Below, in pieces: positions 19,115-30,316 of a stretch of DNA of 64,000 nt. This DNA is from an uncultured Verrucomicrobiae bacterium (GTDB lineage Bacteria > Verrucomicrobiota > Verrucomicrobiia > Limisphaerales > Palsa-1400): positions 2,752,001-2,816,000 of the forward strand of contig CAVXRD010000002.1 in NCBI GenBank assembly GCA_963764165.1, given 5' to 3'. The notes below the pieces were generated by a model. That model had not been told where the DNA came from. It searched no databases and saw only the letters and a program-made list of their open reading frames with translations. A program made the position numbers and the translations under genes. How positions within the stretch are numbered: position 1 is the stretch's first letter; each line of letters starts with the position of its first letter.

Positions 19115-21475
19115 TTACCGAGCGCCACTCTTATTCCACCGAACGGTGGCGGAATTGAGCTGGCTTGAATCCGGGCCGATGCGGATGATGTATTCGCCGG
19201 GCTCCCAATCGTAGACAAGCTCGCTGTTGTAAAATTTCAAATCCTCGGCCGTGATTTGGAATTGCACCTCGCGTTTTTCTCCAGGCTTCAGCGTGATCTT
19301 TTGGAACCCGCGCAAGTCTTCAACGCTGCGGGTGATGCTGGCCACCGGGTCGGTGATGTAAAGCTGCACTGTCTCTTCGCCTTCACGCGGGCCGGTGTTG
19401 CGCACCTCCACGCTGGCCGTCAGCGTCTCGCCCGCATTCAGCGTCTTGTGGCTGAGCTTGACGGTGCTGTAGGCGAAGGACGTGTAAGTGAGTCCATAGC
19501 CGAACGGATAAAGCGGCGTGTTCGCCACATCCAAATAACGGGAAACATATTTGACACGAGCGTTGCCATGGTAAGGGCGCCCGGTGTTTTTATGGTCGTA
19601 ATAAAGCGGTATCTGCCCGATATCCCGCGGATATGTGGTGGTCAAACGGCCAGACGGATTGCAGTCGCCGAATAAAACGTCGGCAATTGCGTGCCCAGCT
19701 TCGAGCCCGCCAAACCATGCTTCCAAAATCGCCGTGCAATGAGTCGATTCCCAGCCCAACGTCATTGGCCTTCCGTTCATCAGCACCAGTACGATGGGTT
19801 TGCCGGTTTTTTCCAGCGCTTTGAGCAGCGCCAATTGGCTTTGCGGCAATCCAATTTCGCTGCGGCTCGCCGCTTCGCCAGACATGGCGAAAGATTCGCC
19901 CATGACCGCGACGACCACTTCGGCTTGGCTGGCCACGGAAACGGCCTCATCAATGAGTGAGGCGGCAGGGCGCGGATCGCGGACGATGGCGGCGCCGGAA
20001 GCATTCAGCGTCTCGAGCAGCTCCGCGTCGTCCAGAAGATTTGCGCCGCGCGCCGATAGAACTTTCAGGTCTGGCCCGGCGGACTCCTTGAGCGCATCAA
20101 GCACGTTGACGGCTAGCTTCCAATTTCCCGCCGCGCTCCACGAACCAAGCAAATCGCGGCGGCTGTCCGCCAGCGGCCCAATGAGCGCGATGGTGCCCGA
20201 CTTTTTCAGCGGCAGAACGTTTTGCTCATTCTTCAAAAGGACAAATGAGCGTTGCGCCGCCTCGCGGGCAAGCGCGCGATTCTGCGGCGTGAGAATTTCA
20301 CGCTCCGCCCGCTCGGGAGTGCAGCCGCGATACGGATCGGTGAACAGGCCGAGCTTGAATTTTGCCTCCAGAACGCGGCGGCAGGCAGTGTCAATCAAAT
20401 CCTCGCCAATCTCCTTTTCCGAAACGAGTTTCTTCAGGTATTTGATGTAGGCCTCGCTGACCATGTCCATGTCCAGGCCCGCCTTCAACGCGATTGCGGA
20501 GCAGCGTTCGGAGGAGCCGAGGCCGTGCTCGGTCATTTCATTTATGGCCGTGTAGTCGCTGACCACAAAACCTTGAAATCCCCATTGCTTGCGCAGCAAG
20601 TCTGTCAGCAGCCAATGATTGCCGGTGGCGGGGACGCTGTCGACTTCGTTGAACGAGGCCATGACGGTGGCGGCGCCCGCTTCGACCGCCGCTTTGTAAG
20701 GCGGGAAATAAAACTGATACATGGTGATGCGGCTCATGTCGGCCGGATTGTAATCGCGCCCCGCTTCCACCGCGCCGTAGAGCGCAAAATGTTTGACACA
20801 GGCGAGGATAGCGTCCGGGCGCGTCAAATCGTCGCCTTGGTAGCCGCGCACCATCGCCTTGGCGATGAGCGAACCGAGATATGGATCCTCGCCCGCGCCT
20901 TCCGCAATCCGGCCCCAGCGCGGGTCGCGCGCAATATCGACCATCGGCGAAAACGTCCAATTCACGCCGTCCGCGCTCGCTTCAATGGCGGCGACGCGGG
21001 CGCACTTTTCGATCAACTCCGGACTCCATGTGCAGGATAATGCGAGCGGAATCGGGAAAGTCGTCTTATGCCCGTGGATGACGTCGTAGCCGAACAGCAG
21101 CGGAATGCGCAGGCGCGTGTGGGTGATGGCGAGGTCTTGCAATTTCCTAGTCGCGCTCGGCGTATAAAGATTGAAAACGCCGCCCGCCATTCCTTTGCGG
21201 ACGGATTCCTCCACGTTTTTGCTCGGCGCGGGGCCGGTGACGTCAAAGCCGGTGGCCAGCAGATTGAGTTGTCCGATTTTTTCCTCGAGCGTCATTTTGG
21301 CCATCAGGTCGGCGACGAATGAATCCATGTTCGTTGCGGCCGAGTTTGGCCGGCCTTGTGCGGTGGCAGGCAATGGGAAGAATGCCACGCACGCGAGCAA
21401 CAGCGGACCTGCGGCGGAAGCGGTTCCCGGCCATTTGAACGGATTAATCGTAATCAGCAAATCCATGATTCCCAT
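19115..21475 (-). CDS. bglX: Periplasmic GH3 beta-glucosidase
   Basis: MTLEEKIGQL, DVIHG, RDPRWGR, KHFALYG, VVSDY nucleophile, PLYPFGYGL, Fn3-like C-terminus. Confidence 0.95.
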   Translation of the reverse strand: MGIMDLLITINPFKWPGTASAAGPLLLACVAFFPLPATAQGRPNSAATNMDSFVADLMAKMTLEEKIGQLNLLATGFDVTGPAPSKNVEESVRKGMAGGVFNLYTPSATRKLQDLAITHTRLRIPLLFGYDVIHGHKTTFPIPLALSCTWSPELIEKCARVAAIEASADGVNWTFSPMVDIARDPRWGRIAEGAGEDPYLGSLIAKAMVRGYQGDDLTRPDAILACVKHFALYGAVEAGRDYNPADMSRITMYQFYFPPYKAAVEAGAATVMASFNEVDSVPATGNHWLLTDLLRKQWGFQGFVVSDYTAINEMTEHGLGSSERCSAIALKAGLDMDMVSEAYIKYLKKLVSEKEIGEDLIDTACRRVLEAKFKLGLFTDPYRGCTPERAEREILTPQNRALAREAAQRSFVLLKNEQNVLPLKKSGTIALIGPLADSRRDLLGSWSAAGNWKLAVNVLDALKESAGPDLKVLSARGANLLDDAELLETLNASGAAIVRDPRPAASLIDEAVSVASQAEVVVAVMGESFAMSGEAASRSEIGLPQSQLALLKALEKTGKPIVLVLMNGRPMTLGWESTHCTAILEAWFGGLEAGHAIADVLFGDCNPSGRLTTTYPRDIGQIPLYYDHKNTGRPYHGNARVKYVSRYLDVANTPLYPFGYGLTYTSFAYSTVKLSHKTLNAGETLTASVEVRNTGPREGEETVQLYITDPVASITRSVEDLRGFQKITLKPGEKREVQFQITAEDLKFYNSELVYDWEPGEYIIRIGPDSSQLNSATVRWNKSGAR

Positions 21476-21599
21476 AAAATGCCAAAACCTAAGTGCCTGT
21501 TTGCCGTTTGTCTAGGTAGGTAGTTTGGGGCGGGTGGGCTAGTTGCGAGAGGCGCGGGCGGGCCGTACGTTATAGGTATCCCGAGCAACAGGAGACAAT

Positions 21600-22223
21600 A
21601 TGAAATCGAATTTTCCAATGCTCAGAACAATTGCGGCTCTGGCGGCTGGGGCTGTTTGCGTGGGCTCTCCAATCGGAGTTTCCGCCCAGACAGCTCCGAA
21701 CGCCGTCCCGCCGCTGGCGGCGCCGCCAGCCACGGCAACGACCCTGCCTTACGGCGCCGTGCAGGCAGTCAAAATGTATCAGACCGGCACAAACAAAGCC
21801 GAGGTGATCCGGTTTATTGATGATACCGCTGTTCCCTATCATTTGACCGCCGATCAAATCCTCTGCATGCACAATCAGGGCGTCCCCGAGGATATTATTG
21901 ATGCTTTAATGACGCGCGGCTCCCAATTGGAGCAGCAGAAGGAAGTGCCGCCGCCGGTCGTCGTGGTGAGCAGTGACTCAGGCGGGCCGGCCTACTTCCC
22001 GTATGACGACTATTATGCCGACGTGTGGCCTTATTACTATGGCGCGCCGGTTGTATGGGGTGGTTACGGGTACGGGTATTACGGCGATCATTGGGGTTAC
22101 CGTGGGTTCCACCGGGGCTATGAGTCTCACGGCGGATTCGAAGCCGCACACGCTCGATCAGAACACGCTGGATTTCACGGTGGTGGCTTCGGAGGCGGAC
22201 ATGGCGGAGGCGGACGCAGGTGA
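21600..22223 (+). CDS. Exported hypothetical protein with Tyr/Gly-rich tail
   Basis: SD (aggag) upstream; signal peptide; small helical domain then low-complexity Y/G/H tail. Confidence 0.75.
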   Translation: MKSNFPMLRTIAALAAGAVCVGSPIGVSAQTAPNAVPPLAAPPATATTLPYGAVQAVKMYQTGTNKAEVIRFIDDTAVPYHLTADQILCMHNQGVPEDIIDALMTRGSQLEQQKEVPPPVVVVSSDSGGPAYFPYDDYYADVWPYYYGAPVVWGGYGYGYYGDHWGYRGFHRGYESHGGFEAAHARSEHAGFHGGGFGGGHGGGGRR

Positions 22224-22247
22224 CGATCGTGCCGTGACGCCGGGGGG

Positions 22248-22289
22248 AAAATAGAAACCGCCCCGCGCCGAAAAAGGCACGGGGCGGTT
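22248..22289 (-). terminator. Rho-independent terminator after the RNase E/G gene
   Basis: AACCGCCCCG...CGGGGCGGTT stem followed by a T-rich tract on the minus strand. Confidence 0.7.
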
Positions 22290-22307
22290 ATCTGTCAAGT
22301 CACTCCA

Positions 22308-24269
22308 TCACGAACCCACACTGACCAATTCTTCATTGGTCGCCACGTTCACAATTTTGAATTGCTCGGCGTGGAAGGTTGGCTCGGGGCGGAAGGAGAG
22401 CTTTCCGAAATAGCGCTTTTCCATTTCGATGATGATCTTCTCGTCCTCGGTGCGCAGGCGCTCCAGGACCGTCGGATGCACGGCGATGCGCAGTTGGAAG
22501 TCGGAGTCGTCACGCGGGCGTTTCTTGAGGATTTCGTTGAGCTTGCGCTGGATTTCCACGCTCATCGTGATCGAACTCTTCACTTTGCCGCGGCCTTTGC
22601 AATACGGGCAATCGTCGTAGACAGCGGAGCGCACGCTTTCGGAATGGCGCTGGCGGGTCATTTCCATCAGGCCGAGTTGCGAGATGGGAAGCACATGAGT
22701 TTTCGCCTTGTCGCGGCGGAGGCCTTCCTTGATGCGTTGGTAAACGGCTTGCTGGTCGCGGCGATGCTTCATGTCGATGAAGTCCAGCACGATTAATCCG
22801 CCCATGTTGCGCAAGCGAAGTTGGCGGCAAATTTCTTCCGCGGCTTCAAGGTTCACTTTCACGATGGTCGAGTCGTGGTCGCGTCCGCCTTTGTGTCGGC
22901 CGGTGTTCACGTCGATGGCGACGAGCGCTTCGGTTTCGTCGATGACGATGTAGCCGCCGCTCTTCAAATGCACCTGGCGCGAGAAGGCGTTCTCCAATTG
23001 GCGCGACACGTTGAAACGGTCGAAGATCGGCTGGTGTTCGTTGTAATATATAATTTTCTTGGCGGCGCGCGGATTTATGCGCGAAATCATCGTGCGCATC
23101 CGGTCGAACGCAGGCTGGCTGTCGACGACCACGCGGGAGACATCCTCGGTGAGGAAATCGCGCACGGTGCGCTCGATCAAATCCGGCTCCTGGAACACGC
23201 AGGTCGGGGCGGGCTTCGTTTTGATCCGCTCCTGAATCTCATTCCATTGTTCGAGAAGGATCGCGAGGTCGAGCACGAAGTAGCGTTTCTGCTGCCCTTC
23301 GCCGGCGGTGCGCATGATGACACCCATGCCCTCCGGCAGATTCATTTCGCGCAGGATTTTTTTGAGGCGCTGGCGCTCCTCCTGGTTTTCAATCTTGCGG
23401 GAAATGCCGCTCTGGTCGGAATTCGGCAGCAGCACGAGAAAGCGTCCGGGTAGCACGACGTTTGTCGTCACGCGCGGGCCCTTGGTGCCGATGGGGCCCT
23501 TTGTCACCTGCACGATGATTTCGCTGCCGGGGGGATAGAGGCGCGGGACGTCCTTTTGCGTGATGCGCGGGCGGTCGCGGCGTCGGTTGGCATCGCCGCG
23601 GTCGACGACTTCCACGCCGCTGTCAAAACTATTGGGAATGATGTCCCAATAGTGCAGGAAGGAATTCTTTTCAAAGCCGATGTCCACGAACGCGGCCTTC
23701 AAGTCATCCTGCAAATTGCGGACTTTGCCCTTGAAGATGCTGCCGACGAGGCGTTCCTCGGTGTTGCGCTCGATGGTGAATTCCTCAAGGCGCCCTTCTT
23801 CCTGCTGCGCGATGCGCGTCTCCAGGGACTCGGCGTTGATGATGATTTCCTTGTGGCTCTTTTCTTTCGGCTTCTGCATGAACAGAACTTTTTTCACCAC
23901 TTTCTTGACGCGCTCAACAAAGGTTGGAGGCTCCATTTTGACCGGCACCGGCTCGAACTTTTCCTCGGCCACTTCGGCCGGCGTTTCGAGATTCGGCTTG
24001 CGGAAAGAGCGATGCTTGTGCTGCGGCGCGTTTTCCTCGGCTTCAGCGGGGGCGCCCTCCGGGGGAAGCCCGGCGGCGATGTTCTCGGAGCGGGCGATTT
24101 CCTCGTCGTGTTTCGTGCGCTCAAAAACCTCCTCCGGTTTTTTGTCACCCACCGCCTGGGCACGGGCCTCGGTCGCGCCGCGGTCGGGCTTTTGATTTGG
24201 GTTGAAGCCACCGGGCGGGCGAAAGCGCATGGGGCCGCGCCGGCGGCGCGAAAAATTTCTGTCACTCAT
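22308..24269 (-). CDS. Ribonuclease E/G family with N-terminal extension
   Basis: S1 domain (AAFVDIG), GTKGPRVT, IDVNTG, LRLRNMGGLIVLDFIDM, Zn-link CPYCKGRG. Confidence 0.93.
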   Translation of the reverse strand: MSDRNFSRRRRGPMRFRPPGGFNPNQKPDRGATEARAQAVGDKKPEEVFERTKHDEEIARSENIAAGLPPEGAPAEAEENAPQHKHRSFRKPNLETPAEVAEEKFEPVPVKMEPPTFVERVKKVVKKVLFMQKPKEKSHKEIIINAESLETRIAQQEEGRLEEFTIERNTEERLVGSIFKGKVRNLQDDLKAAFVDIGFEKNSFLHYWDIIPNSFDSGVEVVDRGDANRRRDRPRITQKDVPRLYPPGSEIIVQVTKGPIGTKGPRVTTNVVLPGRFLVLLPNSDQSGISRKIENQEERQRLKKILREMNLPEGMGVIMRTAGEGQQKRYFVLDLAILLEQWNEIQERIKTKPAPTCVFQEPDLIERTVRDFLTEDVSRVVVDSQPAFDRMRTMISRINPRAAKKIIYYNEHQPIFDRFNVSRQLENAFSRQVHLKSGGYIVIDETEALVAIDVNTGRHKGGRDHDSTIVKVNLEAAEEICRQLRLRNMGGLIVLDFIDMKHRRDQQAVYQRIKEGLRRDKAKTHVLPISQLGLMEMTRQRHSESVRSAVYDDCPYCKGRGKVKSSITMSVEIQRKLNEILKKRPRDDSDFQLRIAVHPTVLERLRTEDEKIIIEMEKRYFGKLSFRPEPTFHAEQFKIVNVATNEELVSVGS

Positions 24270-24272
24270 AAT

Positions 24273-25403
24273 TTAATGATACCTTCGATAAATGTGCACA
24301 TTATGCAAAATGCCAATGGCGATCAGCGAGCATATAACCGATGACCCTCCATAACTCAGGAGCGGCAGCGGAATGCCCGCCACGGGCATGATGCGAATAT
24401 TCATTCCAATGTTGATGAAAACGTGGCTGAACAAAAGTGTCGCCACGCCGACTGCCATAAGTTGTCCGAGGCGGTCGCGCGCCTGGCCGGCAATCTTGAT
24501 CCCGCTGAACAGGAGCACAGTGTAAAGCGCCAGGATCGCGACGCTTCCAACAAAGCCTTCCTCCTCGGCGATGACCGAGAAGATGAAATCATTGTGTGCT
24601 CCAAACGTTGGCAGGAACCCGAGCGAATGATGCGTGCCCTGGGTCCAGCCTTTTCCTGTCAATCCCCCGGAACCGACGGAGATCAGAGCCTGATCGACGT
24701 GATAACTAACGTCTTTCTTGCCGCGCCCGAAATAGCTCAAGACGCGGTCGCTCTGATACGATTTCCCGATCTTGAATTTGTCCGGCGCATACAGAATCAA
24801 TACCACCGCCAAGATCGCCAATATTCCCACTCCCCCCACCAGGCTGCCCAACAATCGGTTGGGCACTCCGGCCACAAACATCATGGCCAGGCTGATGGCG
24901 AGAAAAACCAGCGCCGAACCCAGGTCCGGCTCCTTATATACCAGCAGAAACGGCAGCAGCGTGTAACCCAGGGCTCGGAAGAACACTTTGAGCTGCCGCA
25001 ATTCCTCTTTTGGACGGCTCAAGTAATGCGCCATCCACAAAATGAAAGCCACCTTGCCAAATTCCGATGGCTGCAAACTGAACATTTTCAAGTCAATCCA
25101 CCGTTTGGCCCCATTGTGAAGCGTGCCGAAGATCAGGATGCCCACCAGCAAAATGATCGCGCTCCAGTAAAAAACCGCCGACCAACGCGCCAGCGTTCCG
25201 TACTCAAAATAGCAAACCGCCACCGCCGCGCCCGCGCCCAAGGCATACCAAATGAGCTGCCGCCAATAAATTTCGTGCATGGCTGGCTGGCTCATGGTGG
25301 CGCTGTAAATGAAACAAGGCCCAACGACCATCAGGCCGAGCACGGCAGCCAGCATTGGCCAGTCGTACTCCCCTTTTCGTTCGTTGAGTGCTGCTTCGTA
25401 CAT
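24273..25403 (-). CDS. rodA: Rod shape-determining SEDS protein RodA
   Basis: GAKRWI, QPSEFGK, EPDLGSA, HNDFIFS, LPLLSYGGSS; follows mrdA. Confidence 0.93.
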   Translation of the reverse strand: MYEAALNERKGEYDWPMLAAVLGLMVVGPCFIYSATMSQPAMHEIYWRQLIWYALGAGAAVAVCYFEYGTLARWSAVFYWSAIILLVGILIFGTLHNGAKRWIDLKMFSLQPSEFGKVAFILWMAHYLSRPKEELRQLKVFFRALGYTLLPFLLVYKEPDLGSALVFLAISLAMMFVAGVPNRLLGSLVGGVGILAILAVVLILYAPDKFKIGKSYQSDRVLSYFGRGKKDVSYHVDQALISVGSGGLTGKGWTQGTHHSLGFLPTFGAHNDFIFSVIAEEEGFVGSVAILALYTVLLFSGIKIAGQARDRLGQLMAVGVATLLFSHVFINIGMNIRIMPVAGIPLPLLSYGGSSVICSLIAIGILHNVHIYRRYH

Positions 25404-25411
25404 GCTTGATC

Positions 25412-27436
25412 TCAGTTTTTGGCAAAACTCCTCGAGCGAAGCTTGCTGTCGCGTTCCAGCCTGTAAATCGTATCGTATATCTGCGCAGCCACGGGCGCGC
25501 AGGTCGTTCCGCCAAAATCTCCGTCCTCCACCATCACCACGACGACGTAGCGCGGATCTTCGAACGGCGCGTAGCTGGCAACCCACGTCACCCGCTTGAA
25601 CGCGCTGCCGGGCGATTTCACTTCAGCCGTGCCGGTTTTGGCCGCGACGTGGAAATTGCCGATGGTTGACAAGTGTTTGTCCTTGTCATGAAACGCCGGA
25701 TAAGCCGTCCCTGCGCCCATGCCGTCAAGGTTTTGGTGTTCGGTATCTTCCAGCATCGCGCCGCGGATCAATTTCAAATGCTGGGGATTGATTTGGATGT
25801 GGTCCCGAACGCGGCCTTTTGCAAAGATTTGCTCCGTTTCACCGGTGTCAGGCGAACGGCTGAGGCTGACAACCCGCGGCCAATACAGAGTTCCGCCGTT
25901 GGCAATGACGGAAATCATCCCGGCGACTTGCAGGGGGGTGGTGGTAATTTCCTGGCCGATGCAAATATCGGCCGGGCTCATCCCAAGATTCGGCCCCACT
26001 TTTTCAGGGCCGGGAATGTAGCCGGAAGCTTCTTGGGTTTTCGAAACAGCTGTCTTTTCCCCAAGATGAAAACGTTTGGCCACCTCCAAAATTTTGCGAA
26101 TGTGATCAATGCCTTCGGCAATGAAATAGGTGTTGCTGGAGCGGTAAAACGCGCGCACGAAATCGTAGGGCCCCGCCGAAGCTTCGTCTTTAATAACGTG
26201 ACCGCCGCGCTCGTTGGGAGGCCTCCACTCACCCGGGCTGTTATAAATCGCCGTGGGGTCGAGGCCCGATTCCAAACAAGCAAAGCCGGTGATGATTTTG
26301 AAAATGGAGCCGGGCGGATAAAAACCGCTCATGGCGCGATTGAACTGCGGTTTGAATTTGGGATCGGCCAGCGCCGCGCTTTCCGCCGCGGTTCGATGCT
26401 CTTTGACGTAAAGATTCGGATCGAAGCTTGGGGCGGAGGCTATCGCCAGAATGTCGCCGTTTCGAGGATCCATCACGATGACCGCGCCGCGGACGATTCC
26501 GTTGCTGTCGCGAATGCGCGGCGCCCTGGCCAGAGCCGCCTCCGCCACGCGCTGGATATTGGCATCGATTGTCAAATATATATCTTTTCCCGGCAGGTTC
26601 GGAGTGTCGATTTCCTCGCGCTGGCGGTAATTCATGTTGTTGATGAGAACGGACTTGTCGCCCGGCTGGCCGCACAGCAAATCATCGTATGCGATTTCAA
26701 TCCCGCTTTTTCCCTCGAAATCAGGCATGTCAAATGAATACCTGCTGTCTTCTTCCGGGTCGCGGCGCAAAACGTAGCCAATTAGATTCGCCGCCAAAGG
26801 ATTCCCCGTCAGGCGATCCTTTGGGTAATGGCGAACAGGGTCTGTTTCGACGTCGATGGCTGGCTGGCCGGTCCATTGCTCGGCGAGCACGGCGACTTGA
26901 GCCGGCTTCAAATCGGGCACAATGGGAAATGGCACATAAGGATAACTCTCGTAATGACGCCTGAAAACCGACGCGTTGAGGAGCCGCGGCTCGCCCAGCG
27001 ACGCGCTGATGCGATAGACGTAATTGCTGACCACCGCGCAATCGGCAATCGTCTGAATCTGCTCGCGGATTTTCTTTGGCATCGACAGCTTGCCTTTTGA
27101 GTTCGTCATCTCCGGATGCATCTTCATGAATGCCTTGCGCATGCGGTCCGATGTGTCGCGGAACTGACCCTGCAAATCTTCGAGGTAAAGCACCGCGGTG
27201 TGGCGTGGCTCTTCGCCGGCAAGGACAACGCCGTTGCGATCCAAAATGGCGCCGCGGATGGCGGGCGTGCGAACGTGCCGGAACGATTGTTTATCGAGAT
27301 CGCTTTGGAATCGGTTCGAAAAAACCACTTGGACAAACCACAATCCGCCGAGAAGAACAACCATGCCCAAGACCATGATGGCGCCCACAATTCGCAGCCG
27401 CCCGCCGTCATCCTTGAATATGTCAAATACAAACAT
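25412..27436 (-). CDS. mrdA: Penicillin-binding protein 2
   Basis: PAIRGAILDRNG; SIFK, SSN and KTG transpeptidase motifs; in mre cluster. Confidence 0.92.
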   Translation of the reverse strand: MFVFDIFKDDGGRLRIVGAIMVLGMVVLLGGLWFVQVVFSNRFQSDLDKQSFRHVRTPAIRGAILDRNGVVLAGEEPRHTAVLYLEDLQGQFRDTSDRMRKAFMKMHPEMTNSKGKLSMPKKIREQIQTIADCAVVSNYVYRISASLGEPRLLNASVFRRHYESYPYVPFPIVPDLKPAQVAVLAEQWTGQPAIDVETDPVRHYPKDRLTGNPLAANLIGYVLRRDPEEDSRYSFDMPDFEGKSGIEIAYDDLLCGQPGDKSVLINNMNYRQREEIDTPNLPGKDIYLTIDANIQRVAEAALARAPRIRDSNGIVRGAVIVMDPRNGDILAIASAPSFDPNLYVKEHRTAAESAALADPKFKPQFNRAMSGFYPPGSIFKIITGFACLESGLDPTAIYNSPGEWRPPNERGGHVIKDEASAGPYDFVRAFYRSSNTYFIAEGIDHIRKILEVAKRFHLGEKTAVSKTQEASGYIPGPEKVGPNLGMSPADICIGQEITTTPLQVAGMISVIANGGTLYWPRVVSLSRSPDTGETEQIFAKGRVRDHIQINPQHLKLIRGAMLEDTEHQNLDGMGAGTAYPAFHDKDKHLSTIGNFHVAAKTGTAEVKSPGSAFKRVTWVASYAPFEDPRYVVVVMVEDGDFGGTTCAPVAAQIYDTIYRLERDSKLRSRSFAKN

Positions 27437-27437
27437 T

Positions 27438-27989
27438 TCAGTCCCGCCCCCTCTTGATTTCCCTGTCCGGCCGGAAACTGGTTTGCATGACGGGCTGATA
27501 TTCGAGCGCGCCTCGGAGGCGGTCGAACAATTTGAAAAGCAATGGCGTGACAGCCGCGCTGGCGAGAGCCATGACAAGCCATTGCCAGAACGAAATCCAG
27601 CCGATCAATGGTGTCAGCCCCAGGTTGAACAATATGAAAAGTGTCCCGATGGGATGAATCGCCCCGGCCAGAAATCCGAGCGTTCCCTGCGCGAAGAGAT
27701 GGTCGCGCAAAAGCAATTCGCGGCTCTTGAAAATAAGCACGCCGATGAACAGCAATGGCAGCACGCTTGCCCCCAGCGGATTGAGAGACAGCGAGTCGAA
27801 CCAAAGCCCGCCGCAAAAGGCCAGCAGCACGATGGTGGCGAAGCCGTGCGTCAGGGCGGCATAAACCATCAAGGCCGGCAGCAAATCAATTTGCGTCCCC
27901 AGCAATTTTCGGAACGACACAACCGACGATTCCAGAAACACCGCGAGGAAGGCTGCAGCCAACACAAAGATTGTGGAGCGCCATTTCAT
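27438..27989 (-). CDS. mreD: Rod shape-determining protein MreD
   Basis: Polytopic membrane protein with GLWFDSLS, between mreC and mrdA. Confidence 0.85.
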   Translation of the reverse strand: MKWRSTIFVLAAAFLAVFLESSVVSFRKLLGTQIDLLPALMVYAALTHGFATIVLLAFCGGLWFDSLSLNPLGASVLPLLFIGVLIFKSRELLLRDHLFAQGTLGFLAGAIHPIGTLFILFNLGLTPLIGWISFWQWLVMALASAAVTPLLFKLFDRLRGALEYQPVMQTSFRPDREIKRGRD

Positions 27990-28052
27990 TGGGAGCATCT
28001 CACTTTCCCGCAGCGCGACAACTTTCCAACCCGGAACGATGGAACTCGCTTC

Positions 28053-28196
28053 CCGGGGAGCACACCCGCCCTCGGGTGTGGACGACTGGCGCCTCGCCAG
28101 TCGCCGTCAGGAGATTTGTTCAACCAACTGAATCGACCATCGAATGTGTTCCGCGAGGGCGCGGAACACTGCACGCGAGGCGCGTGCGCTCCCCGG
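28053..28196. repeat. Four-hairpin GGAG-type REP/MITE-like element between mreC and mreD
   Basis: Terminal inverted repeat CCGGGGAGC...GCTCCCCGG; four perfect stems with CCCT/CCT loops (left) and AGGG/AGG loops (right). Confidence 0.75.
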
Positions 28197-28233
28197 ACAT
28201 CTGCCTTCGCAATAAATCGAGGTGCTCCCAAGT

Positions 28234-29049
28234 TCATGGCATCTTCACCCACAGTTCCTCCAGCGAGCCAAGATCGGCGGCCAGCTTCACCCGCGCTTCG
28301 ATCGACAAACCGTAGTCGTTGGTCTGGACATCGACGACTTTGCCGATATGAATTCCCGGGGGAAAAATGCCGCCGACGCCCGATGTTTCCACGCTTTGGC
28401 CGGCCCCCACCGTGCTGGCGCCGGACAAGTGGTCCAAGTCAATCATTCCGTCCTCGCGCGGCGCCGAAGTGATTGCGCCAATGATGCCCATCTCGCGATT
28501 TGTCGTGCCGGTGGATACCACTGCCGAAACCTTTAAATTCGGATCACCCAGCATGATCACTTGCGAACGCGTTGCGCCCACGTTCTGCACGCGGCCCACC
28601 AACCCGTCGGCGGTCAAAACAGGCAGGTTCGCTTTAATCCCATCGTTCGCTCCAAGATCAATTTCCAGCGTTCGCCAAAAATTGGCCGGATCGCGGGAAA
28701 TGACGCGCGCCAATTTGACGCGCCAGCCCTTCTGCTGCTGCCAGCCAAGAGCGCTTCGCAGTCGGGCGTTCTCCGCCCGAATCTGCGCCTCCTGGGAAAG
28801 GCGGATTTGCAATTCCTGCTTGTCGTGGCGCAATTCCTCCAGTTGCCGGATCAATTCGCGCTTGGGCAAAAGTTCGGAAGAGCCGCGGCTGGCTAGTTCA
28901 TGCGCCGAAGTGGAAAGTCCGAAGAGGGGGAGAAAAAGACCACTGATGGCGAGCTTCATTTTGCCGACACTTCCCCCTGGCATTTCCAACAATGCCAACA
29001 CGGCCAAAACTGCAATTGCCAAAACTATATAATGCGACTTCTTCAGCAT
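28234..29049 (-). CDS. mreC: Rod shape-determining protein MreC
   Basis: ENARLR coiled coil, GLVGRV, TSGVGGIFPPGIHIG. Confidence 0.93.
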   Translation of the reverse strand: MLKKSHYIVLAIAVLAVLALLEMPGGSVGKMKLAISGLFLPLFGLSTSAHELASRGSSELLPKRELIRQLEELRHDKQELQIRLSQEAQIRAENARLRSALGWQQQKGWRVKLARVISRDPANFWRTLEIDLGANDGIKANLPVLTADGLVGRVQNVGATRSQVIMLGDPNLKVSAVVSTGTTNREMGIIGAITSAPREDGMIDLDHLSGASTVGAGQSVETSGVGGIFPPGIHIGKVVDVQTNDYGLSIEARVKLAADLGSLEELWVKMP

Positions 29050-29100
29050 CTCGCCCTGCCGCGCGCTTTGGGCGCGGCGTTCATTTCGGGCGAACTGGAA

Positions 29101-30126
<1,026 letters not shown>

Positions 30127-30263
30127 GAACAATGCCTATCAATCCCATTCAAGTTACGGGACGCCTCGCGCCACGGTCAAGATTAATGACGACTTGAATT
30201 GACAAGTTTGCGGCAAATCCGAGTTGCCGCACTTGCGAACCCAGTTCGGTGCCGGTTCAGTTG

Positions 30264-30276
30264 GACAGATTCTGTC
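30264..30276. promoter_or_regulatory. Operator-like palindrome upstream of DUF5131
   Basis: GACAGA-T-TCTGTC, about 40 nt before the ATG. Confidence 0.35.
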
Positions 30277-30316
30277 TAGTAGAGCATCATGTGGCTAACC
30301 AGATCGAATTAGGATT

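Noticed and set aside
18296..19218. ORFs containing [18 protein letters not shown] or DASARRPY peptides (also near 9.1, 38.1 and 39.9 kb)
   Set aside because: Translations of REP arms; they also falsely extend folB and tricorn upstream
30158..30169. GGGACGCCTCGC half-REP upstream of mreB
   Set aside because: Only 12 nt, with no GTAG or second arm; could be chance
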